The notes beneath the pieces were generated by a model. That model was not told the DNA's origin, made no database searches, and saw nothing but the letters and a program-made list of their open reading frames with translations. From positions 1-51,160 of the IMG/VR virus record IMGVR_UViG_3300049218_000313: 51,160 nucleotides of DNA; one strand, given 5' to 3'. Origin of the DNA: a virus. This document shows positions 33,455 through 43,299 of this stretch, one piece after another. A program made the position numbers and the translations under genes. Positions within the stretch are counted from its first letter, which is position 1. Each line of letters starts with the position of its first letter.

Positions 33455-33470
33455 GCACTTCTTCTAGCCC

Positions 33471-35555
33471 CTAGACTCCGGGGTTCGCACGTCGCGCAGG
33501 GCGCTGCTCTGGCAGCGCGCGCATGTCGACCGCGTTCGCTGTGGTTTTCTCGCCACCCTCTCCGGGCCCCTGCATGGAGGCGAGCATCTGACGCACCAGG
33601 TCTCCTAGCTCGGGACTCTGCAGGTCTAGGTTCTGCAGGGCAACCTCCTGCATCTTCTCCGGCAGCAGCTTGATGGTGCGCGCCTGCGCCATCGCCAGAG
33701 TCGGCAGGTCGACGTTGCTCTGCCCCTCCTGCGCGCGCTGCTTGCCCGTCAGCTGGCTCGATACGCCAGAAAGGAAGTCCTGAGGCGACGCCGCAGCACC
33801 GCCTGCAGGAGCTGCTGCAGGCTGAGGCTGTCCAGGTGCCTGCGCGGCCGCGTTCGGATCCTGCGCCTGCAGCTGGTCGGGCACCGACGTGCCAGGTGCT
33901 GCTGCGTCAGACCCCGGGGCTCCGCCCTGACCCTGCATCTCGGGGCCGCCTGGCTCACCCGGGGCATTAGGTGCGGCCTGCGCCACCATCATTGTCTCCT
34001 GCCCCTTGGCCTGGAACTTCATCATGATGAGCTGCGACTCGCCCTGAATCTCCGCCATGGCGAGCTGCTGCTTCTTCGTAGCCGCGAGGCGCTTGTCGGT
34101 CTCGCGAATCATGATCTCGTTCTCCTCGTCCTGCGACAGGTCGCTGTCCGCCAGAAGCGTGGTGTCCGAGACCTTGTTGGCCTGGTTCAGCTGGAACATG
34201 TAGGCCTTGCGCTGAAGATCGTCGGCCATCTTGAACGGCTTGAAGCGGATGGTCGCCTCTGGCCAGCCGAGGTACGCGGCCACCTGCTTCATCATGAAGC
34301 GCGCGAGCGCCTTGTGACGCAAGATGTAGCCGAGGAACATGTTCTCCATCATCCGCATGGAGACGTTGGTGCCGGCGTAGCTCATGCCGCCGCGGATGAA
34401 CTCCGTGGGTACGCCCATGCCGTTGAGGATCTGGTCCGACCACGCCTGAATTTCCTGCGTAAGCAGAAGCGCGCGTCCGTCACCGCCAATGGTCTGGTTG
34501 CCCAGCGGTAGGGGCATGATGGGGATGTAGTTGTTGTCCATGCGCCAGCGGGCGATCTCCGCGGCGATCTGATCACGCCAGTCGACCAGGTTGATGGTCG
34601 TGTATGGATCGCTTGAGCCGGAGCCCGCCTGAGGGAAAAGAATGCGCAACGGCACGATGTGCTCTAGTAGGATGGCCTCCTGCGCCTTCTTCATGACCTG
34701 CAGGTAGAACGTGTCCTTCAGGACAGGCAGAAGAATGGGCGTTCCCCAGCCGCGGTCCTGCGTCGCCAGCGTAGGGCGGCGCATGTGGAAGAAGTTGTCC
34801 TTCGAGAAGATGACGCCCTTCTGCTCGCGCATGGCCTGGATGAAGACCTGCGGCACTCCTTCGACGATGTCCTTGCGCCCGATGACGATGTCGTTCCGAA
34901 CGACGGCGGGGATTGTGTAGAAGTAGGTGTAGTCCCCGGTGATGTCGTTGTACGTGATCTCGATGTCTTCGGGGTTCCAGCGGATAGTTTTGATGCCGCT
35001 CGCATTCTTGTAGTAGAAGTCCTGCGCCATCGCGTCGCCCACGAAACGGCACTTCGGGCACGTCAGGCGGAACTGGAAGCTCGTGAAGATCCAGTTGACC
35101 CTGATCTTCGCGGCCTCGTCGCGGAAGCCGCACTGACGGCAGTAGAGGTACTTCTTGAACGGGAAGCCCAAGCTGATGCAGGCGTTGCCGTAGCAGTGGT
35201 AGTCGAGCCCCGCCTCGATCTGGAACGCCCGTATGCGCAGGTGGTCCTGGAAGTACTCGGTCCAGCGCCTCTTCACCTCGGGCGACTCGTGGTCGATGAT
35301 GATGTCGGTGACCGGGTACTCGCTCAGCTTGAAGATGGTCGCGTTGATGAGCGGATTGGTCAGGAAGTAGTAGCGACACCACTTGAAGAGCGCCTTGACC
35401 GTGACCGGCAGGTACGTGTGCGCGACGTCGAAGAACGGTGAGGGGTAGTTGACCCCCTGCACGTTGCTGCCGCCGATACGTCCACGCGTCTGAGCGAACC
35501 GAAGGCCCGATGCAGGCCCGGTCGCGACTCCCATTCCTCCGCCGCCGATGAACAT
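33471..35555 (-). CDS. Portal protein (694 aa) with inserted Zn ribbon and disordered C-terminal tail
   Basis: Portal-like progression (NPLINATI..K..EYP, YGNACIS, FFHMRR..RGWGTPIL, ILNGMGVP.EFI.GG, IRFKPFKM.DD) plus a CRQC..CPKC insert. Confidence 0.7.
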   Translation of the reverse strand: MFIGGGGMGVATGPASGLRFAQTRGRIGGSNVQGVNYPSPFFDVAHTYLPVTVKALFKWCRYYFLTNPLINATIFKLSEYPVTDIIIDHESPEVKRRWTEYFQDHLRIRAFQIEAGLDYHCYGNACISLGFPFKKYLYCRQCGFRDEAAKIRVNWIFTSFQFRLTCPKCRFVGDAMAQDFYYKNASGIKTIRWNPEDIEITYNDITGDYTYFYTIPAVVRNDIVIGRKDIVEGVPQVFIQAMREQKGVIFSKDNFFHMRRPTLATQDRGWGTPILLPVLKDTFYLQVMKKAQEAILLEHIVPLRILFPQAGSGSSDPYTTINLVDWRDQIAAEIARWRMDNNYIPIMPLPLGNQTIGGDGRALLLTQEIQAWSDQILNGMGVPTEFIRGGMSYAGTNVSMRMMENMFLGYILRHKALARFMMKQVAAYLGWPEATIRFKPFKMADDLQRKAYMFQLNQANKVSDTTLLADSDLSQDEENEIMIRETDKRLAATKKQQLAMAEIQGESQLIMMKFQAKGQETMMVAQAAPNAPGEPGGPEMQGQGGAPGSDAAAPGTSVPDQLQAQDPNAAAQAPGQPQPAAAPAGGAAASPQDFLSGVSSQLTGKQRAQEGQSNVDLPTLAMAQARTIKLLPEKMQEVALQNLDLQSPELGDLVRQMLASMQGPGEGGEKTTANAVDMRALPEQRPARRANPGV

Positions 35556-35558
35556 GTT

Positions 35559-36623
35559 CTACAGTCCAATGTCTGCTTGCTGGCCGGCCGCTGCCGGGCT
35601 CGTGACACGCTCCGTCGGAATGTGCTGACCCGTCTCGGTAGGCTCGAGGTTCGCAGGGCCCGCTCCTGGCTTGCCACTGAGCCCGCGCAGCTTGTCGATG
35701 CCACGGCCGGCAAGGCGACCTGCGCGGCCAAGGGTGCCGCCGACGATGCTCTGCCCGACGAGGGGCATCACGCCCCCAGCGATACCGCCCACCGCGCGCC
35801 CGGCGTCCTCTCCAGCACGCTCGAACTTGCCGCGGCCCTGGTCATCTGGCGCGTCGCTACCAGCGACCGTCTTGGCGAGGCCAACGGCCGGCAGGCCGAT
35901 CATCGCAGCAGCCATGGCCGGGTGCATGTTCGACACCTGCTCCTTCAGCCCGGTACCGAGTACTTTACCCACGCCGTGCTGCCGTACCGCGCGCACGTAG
36001 CCAGGAATGCTGGTGAGGTTCATGGAAGGGTCGACGCGTCCGGTAGCGGCCGCGCTAGCGTCGAAGGCCTTCTGCGCTGACTCTACAGCGCGACGCGCGC
36101 CCGCAGCCTGCGAAAGCGGAGCACGGTCGAGCGCCTCCGTGGCCGCGGTCAGTCCCTTGCGCGCGTCGTATGCCCCACCGCGAATGCTCTCGAGCCCGCG
36201 GGGAGTGAGCATGCCCGTCAGTGCGTGCACCTGGCGCTGACCGGAGCGGGCGAAGGCCCCCACGGGCCCACGGGCGGCCGTAAGCCCGGAGAGATCTCTG
36301 CCCACGGCCGAAGCACCAGCGCCGCCAGCAGCACCCGCAAGGCCCCCGATGAGGGCCCCCTTGCCGGCGCCACCAAGCGCACCGCTGAGACCCCCGAGCG
36401 CCGCGTCCCCCATGCCAGCTCCTTGCTGACGCGCCTGCCTGTAGCTGTGCACCGCCCCGGCACCCGCGCCCACCAGCCCGCCGGCTAGCGCACCTACCCC
36501 ACCGAGCGCGCCCACGTTCTTCAGCGCAGGAGTCGCGCGTGACACGAGCCCCCCGAGGTCGAGCGCCTCCTTATGGAGCTCGTCGCGGAACGCGAGAATG
36601 GTGGCCTCGGGAAGTCTAGGCAT
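35559..36623 (-). CDS. Gly-zipper virion protein (possible ejection/membrane-inserting protein)
   Basis: Start MPRLPEATILAF at 36623 overlaps the upstream stop. HKEA is followed by several GxxxG zippers. Confidence 0.7.
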   Translation of the reverse strand: MPRLPEATILAFRDELHKEALDLGGLVSRATPALKNVGALGGVGALAGGLVGAGAGAVHSYRQARQQGAGMGDAALGGLSGALGGAGKGALIGGLAGAAGGAGASAVGRDLSGLTAARGPVGAFARSGQRQVHALTGMLTPRGLESIRGGAYDARKGLTAATEALDRAPLSQAAGARRAVESAQKAFDASAAATGRVDPSMNLTSIPGYVRAVRQHGVGKVLGTGLKEQVSNMHPAMAAAMIGLPAVGLAKTVAGSDAPDDQGRGKFERAGEDAGRAVGGIAGGVMPLVGQSIVGGTLGRAGRLAGRGIDKLRGLSGKPGAGPANLEPTETGQHIPTERVTSPAAAGQQADIGL

Positions 36624-37419
36624 TGAGGTGTAGCTGGTGCTGCAGCCGCGAGCGGCTGTCCTCGAGGAACTGGTAGGTATCGAGCAGACGGCGCAGCTGC
36701 TCTTCCACGGGGCTGTTGCCGCTGGGAGCGCGACCCGTGGCGCGGACGGCAGGCCAGCGCTCAGCGAGCGTCTTCGCGTCGAGCTCGGGGGGAAGCTCGG
36801 GGGTGACGAAGTCCGCCGGCGGCAAGGGCAAGAAGATGCCATCGTGCTGGTAGACCGTCGACACGTAGGCCTTCATCTCGCTCGACCACTCGACGTCAGA
36901 GCGGATGCGTTCGGCGATGTCGCAGGCCACGAGGCACTGTGCCACAGTCGGCGCCGGCATCACCTGGAAGTCGGGGAACTCGCCGTTGAAGGGACCGAGG
37001 CAGGCGACGAAGACCTCCCACCGCTCCCAGAAGGTGTCGACCAGGTGCAGCGTCTTGCAGGCCTGCAGCTTCGCGATGTTGAGCTCCGAGACCGAGGGGG
37101 TATGGAAGTCCTCGGGGATGAGCACGCGCCAGGTCTCGGCCTCCCAGCCCAGCCAGTCGGGCCCGTAGCGACGCAGCATGAAGAGGTCGAGCGCGAGGGG
37201 GTGCGCATCAGGGTGACGCCAGATGTTGGTCGGCGAGACGGTCATCGGGGGCGCGGGTTCTGTGGCTGTATGCTGCTCCGCACGCTCGTCACCGACCGTC
37301 TCGATCTCGGCCGTCGTGTCTGCGTCCTGGGGCACGGCAGGCACGCCGGCCCCGTACTTCTTCATGCCCACGCTCTGGAGCGCGTCGAGAAACGCGAGCT
37401 CGTTGTCCGACGCACTCAT
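36616..37419 (-). CDS. Hypothetical protein (267 aa)
   Basis: SD GGAGG; Trp-rich globular domain; lies in the portal operon. Confidence 0.7.
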   Translation of the reverse strand: MSASDNELAFLDALQSVGMKKYGAGVPAVPQDADTTAEIETVGDERAEQHTATEPAPPMTVSPTNIWRHPDAHPLALDLFMLRRYGPDWLGWEAETWRVLIPEDFHTPSVSELNIAKLQACKTLHLVDTFWERWEVFVACLGPFNGEFPDFQVMPAPTVAQCLVACDIAERIRSDVEWSSEMKAYVSTVYQHDGIFLPLPPADFVTPELPPELDAKTLAERWPAVRATGRAPSGNSPVEEQLRRLLDTYQFLEDSRSRLQHQLHLNA

Positions 37420-37429
37420 AGCGGACCTC

Positions 37430-38923
37430 CTAGTAGTAGGTCCGCTCTTGTCCAGGCCCTGTGCCGTTGGCCATGCGCATGACCATCTTCTTCTGGGCCA
37501 GCGGCAGGCTCTTGAAGATGCCGACGGGGTCCTTCAAGAACTCCTCCTGAAAGTCGGCGCCGAAGGTGGTCTTGACGGTGAAGGCCGCGATGCGCACCAG
37601 CCGGCGCAGGTCCGCCTCGGTCACGGTCTCGTTGCCGATGACCTCACTGAACTCGGGGTCGTCCGCAGAGGCGCTCTTGTCGAACCCGTAGATCGAGAAG
37701 TACGGGTCGGGGATGGTGCGGTCGTAGTGGTGGTCGAGCCCCGCAACCTTGTCGAACTCCGCGAGCAGGTCGACGACCTCCGCAGCAGACAGCACCTGGG
37801 GCGTCTCGGCGCTCGCCTCCTTCCACATGCGGAAGCGCGCCACCTTCTCGACGGCCCCAAGCAGCTTCAAGGCATCCGCGTCGTTCTGGACCTCGAGGCG
37901 CCGCACATCGAACGCCGCCTTGATCTCCGCCTCGGGAGCGAAGTCCTCGGCGCCGTACTTGCGCGCGTTGTCGCTCACGGCGACCGCCAGAGCACTGGCG
38001 CGCTTCACCAGGTTCACCGCGTACTCGTGACGCGTCGGGGGTGCCATGTGCTTGGAGTACGTGTCGAAGTACCCGCTCGCCGCCTTCACCTGGGTGTAGC
38101 TGTCGAGCGGGTACTTCTTCTGCTCGGGCAGGGCGAAGTGCTCAGCCTTCTTCTCGACCATGTACTTCGGCGGCTGCTTGTCCGACACGTCGACCGTGGG
38201 GTGCATCTGACGAGCCTGAGGAAGCGCCGAGGGTTGCTCCTTGTGCTCGGTCGCGAGGTTGTCCGCCGGCGGGACGCCCTGGTCCCCCTTCGAGGAGGCG
38301 ACGAGATGACCGACGCGTGCGGTCTTCTGGATGACGGTCTTCGAGCCCTTGAGCCCCGCACTCGGGTCGCCCGGGCCCTGGTTGGGCGCCAGCACGGTGC
38401 CACTCACCTCGGCCGTCTTGCGACCCAGCGCCGCGTCACGCGCAGCGGGCGTGACGATGTTGCCGGCGCCGCCGCCGAGCGCGCGGGTGGCCGCGAGATT
38501 CTCGCTGATGGCCTGGTGCGTGCCCTTGATGACGGGCACGGCCGTCAGCGCGGTCATCACCCCGAGCGCGACCTTCTCGAGCTCCTCTGGCGCCTGCAGG
38601 TCGTACCAGGCGCAGGCCGCCTTGAGGTTCTCGGCGGCGACCTTCTGAGCCTCGAGCGGCAGCTTGTGGGCGTTCTTGAGGAAGTACTGGACCGACAGGA
38701 CGGTGTTGCCTTCGTCGATGCACGCGTACTTGCGCAGCGTCTCGCCGTTGTTGACGAGGACCAGGGCGAAGACGTCGTCAGGAAGCTGCTCTCGCTCTTC
38801 TGCCGTCACAACGTGCGCTACTTTTACCTGCTCCGGGATGTCGTCGAAGCTCGGAAAGAGCTCGCGAAGGACGCCGCCGCCGAAGTCGTCGTACACGTCC
38901 AGAACAAGGCCACTCGTCTGCAT
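37430..38923 (-). CDS. Virion/inner-head protein (497 aa), KxA-rich
   Basis: SD GAGGAG and about 12 KxA sites. Two related segments occur (DDVFALV..RKYACID; EHFALPEQKKYPLD). Confidence 0.7.
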   Translation of the reverse strand: MQTSGLVLDVYDDFGGGVLRELFPSFDDIPEQVKVAHVVTAEEREQLPDDVFALVLVNNGETLRKYACIDEGNTVLSVQYFLKNAHKLPLEAQKVAAENLKAACAWYDLQAPEELEKVALGVMTALTAVPVIKGTHQAISENLAATRALGGGAGNIVTPAARDAALGRKTAEVSGTVLAPNQGPGDPSAGLKGSKTVIQKTARVGHLVASSKGDQGVPPADNLATEHKEQPSALPQARQMHPTVDVSDKQPPKYMVEKKAEHFALPEQKKYPLDSYTQVKAASGYFDTYSKHMAPPTRHEYAVNLVKRASALAVAVSDNARKYGAEDFAPEAEIKAAFDVRRLEVQNDADALKLLGAVEKVARFRMWKEASAETPQVLSAAEVVDLLAEFDKVAGLDHHYDRTIPDPYFSIYGFDKSASADDPEFSEVIGNETVTEADLRRLVRIAAFTVKTTFGADFQEEFLKDPVGIFKSLPLAQKKMVMRMANGTGPGQERTYY

Positions 38924-38987
38924 CGCTGACTCCTCGCTGTGAACGTACTAGGCATGCCGCCGTTCCCGCAAGTATCGCAGGGGGGCA

Positions 38988-38996
38988 GGCATAAGG
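38988..38996 (+). promoter_or_regulatory. GGNATAAG candidate phage promoter at the start of the replication block
   Basis: GGCATAAGG lies 34 nt upstream of ATG 39031 in the divergent gap. Confidence 0.5.
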
Positions 38997-39030
38997 GAAT
39001 TGGAAGGCCAAGTAGGCCTGGAGGTCACCA

Positions 39031-39660
39031 ATGAACGTGCCGGTCACCATGACCACGCCCCAGAAGGAAGAGCTGCCATCTTGCTTCGCCAAGGAGTGGG
39101 ACAAGAACGCGCCAGAATGCGCGGGAGGTCCTGACCCGAACTACGTCCACCCGATCACCCAGCTCCACGTCCACGAGCAGTGCAGCGTCTTCTCTTCCTG
39201 TGGAGCACGCCAGCAGGCCATCCGCCAGTCGCAGCTCATTCCACAGCAGCAGTTGATTCGTCCGCCGAGCGTCCCCTGGCAGCAGCCGGCGCCGATGCCC
39301 GCACCGGCACAAGCACCACAACCCGCAAACTCGTTCGCCGAGTTCCTTGCGAGGCAGCGCGCGCAGCAGGTCGAAGCGCAGCGTCAGCAGGCGATGAGTG
39401 CACCGCGCCCCATGACGGCAGCCCCGCAGCCTACCCAGGCCATGCCCGCACCGGTCATCCAGCCGACGTACGCGCACTACCCGGCCCCGGTGTACCAGCT
39501 GAACTACCAGATGCCCGGGTATCTTTCGACGCCGGAAGAACGCGCCGATGGTGAAGGGCTCTGGCCGGTGCTACTTCGAGAAGTCATCCGGTCGCTGTTC
39601 AAGGCGTCAGGCCACGCAGTCGCTCACTTCTTCGACGTGAGAACGATGAAGGGGAAGTAG
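39031..39660 (+). CDS. Cys4 domain plus Gln/Pro-rich disordered protein (209 aa)
   Basis: CFAKEWD..APEC...CSVFSSC, then a Q/P-rich tract and a C-terminal amphipathic helix; SD GGAGG. Confidence 0.7.
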   Translation: MNVPVTMTTPQKEELPSCFAKEWDKNAPECAGGPDPNYVHPITQLHVHEQCSVFSSCGARQQAIRQSQLIPQQQLIRPPSVPWQQPAPMPAPAQAPQPANSFAEFLARQRAQQVEAQRQQAMSAPRPMTAAPQPTQAMPAPVIQPTYAHYPAPVYQLNYQMPGYLSTPEERADGEGLWPVLLREVIRSLFKASGHAVAHFFDVRTMKGK

Positions 39661-39681
39661 CCGACACCAGGAGGAAGAAGC

Positions 39682-41454
39682 TTGGAGCTAGTCATACGTC
39701 GGCCGGACACGGGGTACTTGGAAGCCAACCTCTGGGTCCCCAAGTCCGCGATCAACGCGGAGGGGACCAAGAGGGCGCTCACGTTTCAGACCTTCGACCA
39801 GCAGAAGGTCATCCTTCTGACCCTCTACAAGGAGACAGAGCACCACCTGCTGGTGCCGCGCGAGTTCTGGGACCCGAAGGACTTCTCCTTCCCGGTGGTG
39901 GACTGCCGCCCCAGGCGGTACGAGCGCGTCGACATCAGCAGTCGCGTGCGCCTCGACCACCGCTTCGAGGGAGGAGCTCTCATCCCCACGGGAGACACGG
40001 CCCAGGAGGACGCAATGCGCGCCCTCCTGGTCTCACACGGGGGCGTGCTGCAGCTCGCTTGTGGGAAAGGCAAGACCGTCGTGGCGCTCGACTACATCGC
40101 GCGCCGCGGCGTTCCCGCCATCATCATCCTCGACACTACGCAGCTGATGATGCAGTGGCGCGAGGAGATCGAGCAGCACCTTGACGTGCCCGGAGGGGTG
40201 GGGCTCATTCAAGGCGAGACGCGCGACTGGAAGAAGGCGGTGGTACTGGCGACGTACCACTCGCTCTCGGCTTGGGCGCCGACGATGCCCGAAGAAGTAC
40301 GTCGCTGGTTCGGCACCGCGGTTTGGGACGAGGCCCACCACGTCGCAGCCCCGGTGTTCTCACGCAGCGCCGATCTTTTTTACGGTGTGCGGCTCGGTCT
40401 GACCGCAACGCCCGAGCGCGATGACGGGATGCACGTCGTCTACAACTTCCACCTCGGGCCGGTCGTCTACAAGAACCTGCTGCAAGACCTCAAGCCTCGC
40501 ATCTACTTCGTCTGGACGGGCACGGGGCTCGACAAGAACGACCCACACGTCCAAGCCGCGGTCAACGACTGCAACGGTGACCTCCACATCGGCAAGGTCG
40601 CTGGCTTTCTTGGCAGACAGCAATCGCGCCTGAACTTCGTCATCGACCAGGTGAAGCAGGCGGTCGCCAACGACCGCAAGGTCATCGTCCTGTCCAAGAG
40701 CGTCGACGCACTCGTGAACATGTGGGCCACCTGGAACCAGCAGAAAGACCTCATCACGGACATCTCGTTCCCTACAGCAGCTGACGTCGGCGAGACGGTG
40801 CCGCCCTTCGAGCTCACCGACAAGGAGATCGCCAAGCTCACGAAGAAGCTGCACATGACCATCGGGCACATCGCCAAGCAGCCTGCCAACCTGCAGGCAG
40901 AGCTGCAGACAAAGGCGCAGATCGAGCACACGCTCGAGGCGCACCGGGTCTACAAGAAGTGCGAGTCCTTGTGGAACAAGAAGCGTGCGGAGTACCTCAA
41001 GCTGCTCATTGCGCAGCCCAGCACCGCCGGACTGATGATCTACAAGGTCGACCCCGAGACGCGCACAAGGATGCTGCGCGAGAAGCAGGTGACCTTCGCC
41101 ATCGCAAAGTACGGCCGCGAAGGACTCAACGAACGCAGCCTCGACACCATCATCGTCAACGAGCCACTCTCCAGCCGCAACGCGCTCCAGCAGCTGCTAG
41201 GACGTGTGCTTCGCGAGAAGAGGGGAAAGAAGGAACCGGTCGCCGTCTTCCTTGAGGACGACATCGGTCCCTTCATCGCCATGTGCAAGAAGCTCCGGCG
41301 GCATCTGACCGAGTGGCCGCACGATGAAGGCGGCCCCTTCCAGTACGAAAACCTCGGCTACGGAAACAACACCAGGAGAACACCCCCATCATGGAAAACC
41401 GCGACAAGCAGCACGTTCATGGCAAAAACCGGCACGGGGGCACCTGGGTCCTGA
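39682..41454 (+). CDS. Superfamily 2 DEAH-box helicase (UvsW/ResIII-like)
   Basis: QLACGKGKT, WDEAHH, GLTATP, EGLN...LDT and QQLLGRVLR. Confidence 0.9.
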   Translation: MELVIRRPDTGYLEANLWVPKSAINAEGTKRALTFQTFDQQKVILLTLYKETEHHLLVPREFWDPKDFSFPVVDCRPRRYERVDISSRVRLDHRFEGGALIPTGDTAQEDAMRALLVSHGGVLQLACGKGKTVVALDYIARRGVPAIIILDTTQLMMQWREEIEQHLDVPGGVGLIQGETRDWKKAVVLATYHSLSAWAPTMPEEVRRWFGTAVWDEAHHVAAPVFSRSADLFYGVRLGLTATPERDDGMHVVYNFHLGPVVYKNLLQDLKPRIYFVWTGTGLDKNDPHVQAAVNDCNGDLHIGKVAGFLGRQQSRLNFVIDQVKQAVANDRKVIVLSKSVDALVNMWATWNQQKDLITDISFPTAADVGETVPPFELTDKEIAKLTKKLHMTIGHIAKQPANLQAELQTKAQIEHTLEAHRVYKKCESLWNKKRAEYLKLLIAQPSTAGLMIYKVDPETRTRMLREKQVTFAIAKYGREGLNERSLDTIIVNEPLSSRNALQQLLGRVLREKRGKKEPVAVFLEDDIGPFIAMCKKLRRHLTEWPHDEGGPFQYENLGYGNNTRRTPPSWKTATSSTFMAKTGTGAPGS

Positions 41455-41990
41455 TCACGGCAGGTGCGGCACGTGTACTAGGACTCGTTGATTCCTTGCT
41501 TCGCGCCGCCAGCACCCCCGAAGAAGTCCAGGCAGGGGACGTGAAGCGCTACGTCACGCGGGAGACCGTGGACGGCACCACGAAGATCGCCGTGGAGGCA
41601 GCCCCTGTCTACGCGGTCATGCTCGCGCACATCGTGACGCTCAACCCCTGCCTGGACTTCTTCGCACCGCTGCGCACTAGCGTGAAGAGGGACGCGCAAG
41701 GACGCCCGGTTCCTGGCCCCGACGGGCAGCCCATCATGGTCATGAGCCGCGACCCGATCGTCACCACGCGTGACTTCTCGCTCAAGCCCTACCCTGTCCA
41801 CATCCGCATCGGCCCGGGCGTACAGTTCGACTTCCTCAGCCAGATGCACGAGGACGATCAGGACACGTACAACGGGTTCATCACCGCGGCCTTGGGCCAG
41901 GCCAAAGAGGAGAGCGTGGCCGGTAGCGGTCTTGTTCTCCCCTCCACGAACGAAACTGCGGCCATCAGCCGTCAGCACGGCCGTGGCTGA
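41391..41990 (+). CDS. Hypothetical protein (199 aa)
   Basis: Clean ORF overlapping both neighbours; AGGAG upstream. Confidence 0.6.
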   Translation: MENRDKQHVHGKNRHGGTWVLITAGAARVLGLVDSLLRAASTPEEVQAGDVKRYVTRETVDGTTKIAVEAAPVYAVMLAHIVTLNPCLDFFAPLRTSVKRDAQGRPVPGPDGQPIMVMSRDPIVTTRDFSLKPYPVHIRIGPGVQFDFLSQMHEDDQDTYNGFITAALGQAKEESVAGSGLVLPSTNETAAISRQHGRG

Positions 41991-42861
41991 CATCGCTGCG
42001 GTGAGGCCCGACGCGCGTAAGACGCTCGGCGAGCTACAGCAGGAGTGGTCCAGCTGCGTCAGGTGCAACCTCGGCAGGAGGCGTATCGAGGCCGAGGGTA
42101 AGTTCATCTTCGGCCGCGGCACCCCGGGCGGTGTGATGCTCATCGGTGAAGGTCCTGGCAGCGTGGAAGAGAAAGAGGGGGTGCCCTTCGCCGGCAGAAG
42201 CGGCCGCATCTTGCACAGCGTTCTCGCACTACTCGGGCTGGACGAGTACTACGAAACAAACCTCGTCGCCTGCCGCTCCTGCTCGCAGCAGTTCAACGGA
42301 CAGGGCCAGCCCCTGATGCGGACGAACTGGTCTACGCGCCAGCCGGAGCTCGTCTACAAGGACGAGCCTCCTACGCCCCCGCAGTACAACGCGTGCCTGC
42401 CGAGGCTGTACGAGGAAATCTACCTAGTCGACCCCACCGTCATCATCGGGCTGGGAGGCAAGGTGTCCGAAGCCCTGATGGGTCACTCGATCACCATAAC
42501 GCGTGACCGTGGCGAACCCGTGCAGATCTCCATACCCGGAGCCGGCTACCGGCCCGTACTCACCGAGAAGCGTAAGGAATGGCTGCACCGCACGCCGGAG
42601 GGCTTTCGCACGATCAGCGAACAGAACGAGGTGCGGTACTACTTCATGCCGACGCTGCACCCGTCGTACGTGGAGCGCAAGCTGAAGGACATGGGCCACG
42701 ACAGCCCCTTCCGCCAGCTCGTGATCGACATCAAGAAGGCCATCCGCGCGCACGAGGTGTACCGCGAGATGGTCTTCGGTTTGCTGCCGACGAGCAACCA
42801 GGATTCTGACGACGAGACCATGCACCGCCACATTCAGGCGACAGAGGAACCGGAGGACTAG
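41983..42861 (+). CDS. Family-4 uracil-DNA glycosylase-like protein
   Basis: CVRCNL, MLIGEGPG..EE.EGVPFAGRSG..L, TNLVACR and TLHPSY; GTG start at 41983. Confidence 0.85.
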   Translation: MADIAAVRPDARKTLGELQQEWSSCVRCNLGRRRIEAEGKFIFGRGTPGGVMLIGEGPGSVEEKEGVPFAGRSGRILHSVLALLGLDEYYETNLVACRSCSQQFNGQGQPLMRTNWSTRQPELVYKDEPPTPPQYNACLPRLYEEIYLVDPTVIIGLGGKVSEALMGHSITITRDRGEPVQISIPGAGYRPVLTEKRKEWLHRTPEGFRTISEQNEVRYYFMPTLHPSYVERKLKDMGHDSPFRQLVIDIKKAIRAHEVYREMVFGLLPTSNQDSDDETMHRHIQATEEPED

Positions 42862-43299
42862 ATGGAAAAGCGTAAGGCCAAGAAGGTCGAAGCGGAGGCA
42901 GTACCCGAGGTAGTCGAGTTCCTCGACACGCAGAGAGCGCTCGAGGACTTCAAGGAGGAACATGCCGCGATCTTCGAGCAGCTGCACGAGCTGACGGACC
43001 GCTACAACGCAGCGTTCGAGGCTGCGGAGAAGGCCTGCCGCAGCAAGGAAATGAGCTGCGGTCCTTTCGACCTCTACCAGTTCACGACGAAGTACGACCC
43101 CGAAGCGCTGTACAACGCCGTCGGACGCGACAAGTTCCTGCAGCTCGGTGGGTCCATCGGAACCTCGACGGTCTACACGCTGGACAAGGCCCGCTTCGAG
43201 ATCTGCGTGAGCCAGAACAAAGTGCCCGAGGACGTCGTGCTGCAGGTCCGCAAGGAGACGCCCAACTTCCACAAGCCCGAGAAGCTGGTCATCCCGTGA
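42862..43299 (+). CDS. Hypothetical protein (145 aa, N-terminal coiled coil)
   Basis: SD GGAGG; abuts the upstream stop. Confidence 0.7.
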   Translation: MEKRKAKKVEAEAVPEVVEFLDTQRALEDFKEEHAAIFEQLHELTDRYNAAFEAAEKACRSKEMSCGPFDLYQFTTKYDPEALYNAVGRDKFLQLGGSIGTSTVYTLDKARFEICVSQNKVPEDVVLQVRKETPNFHKPEKLVIP

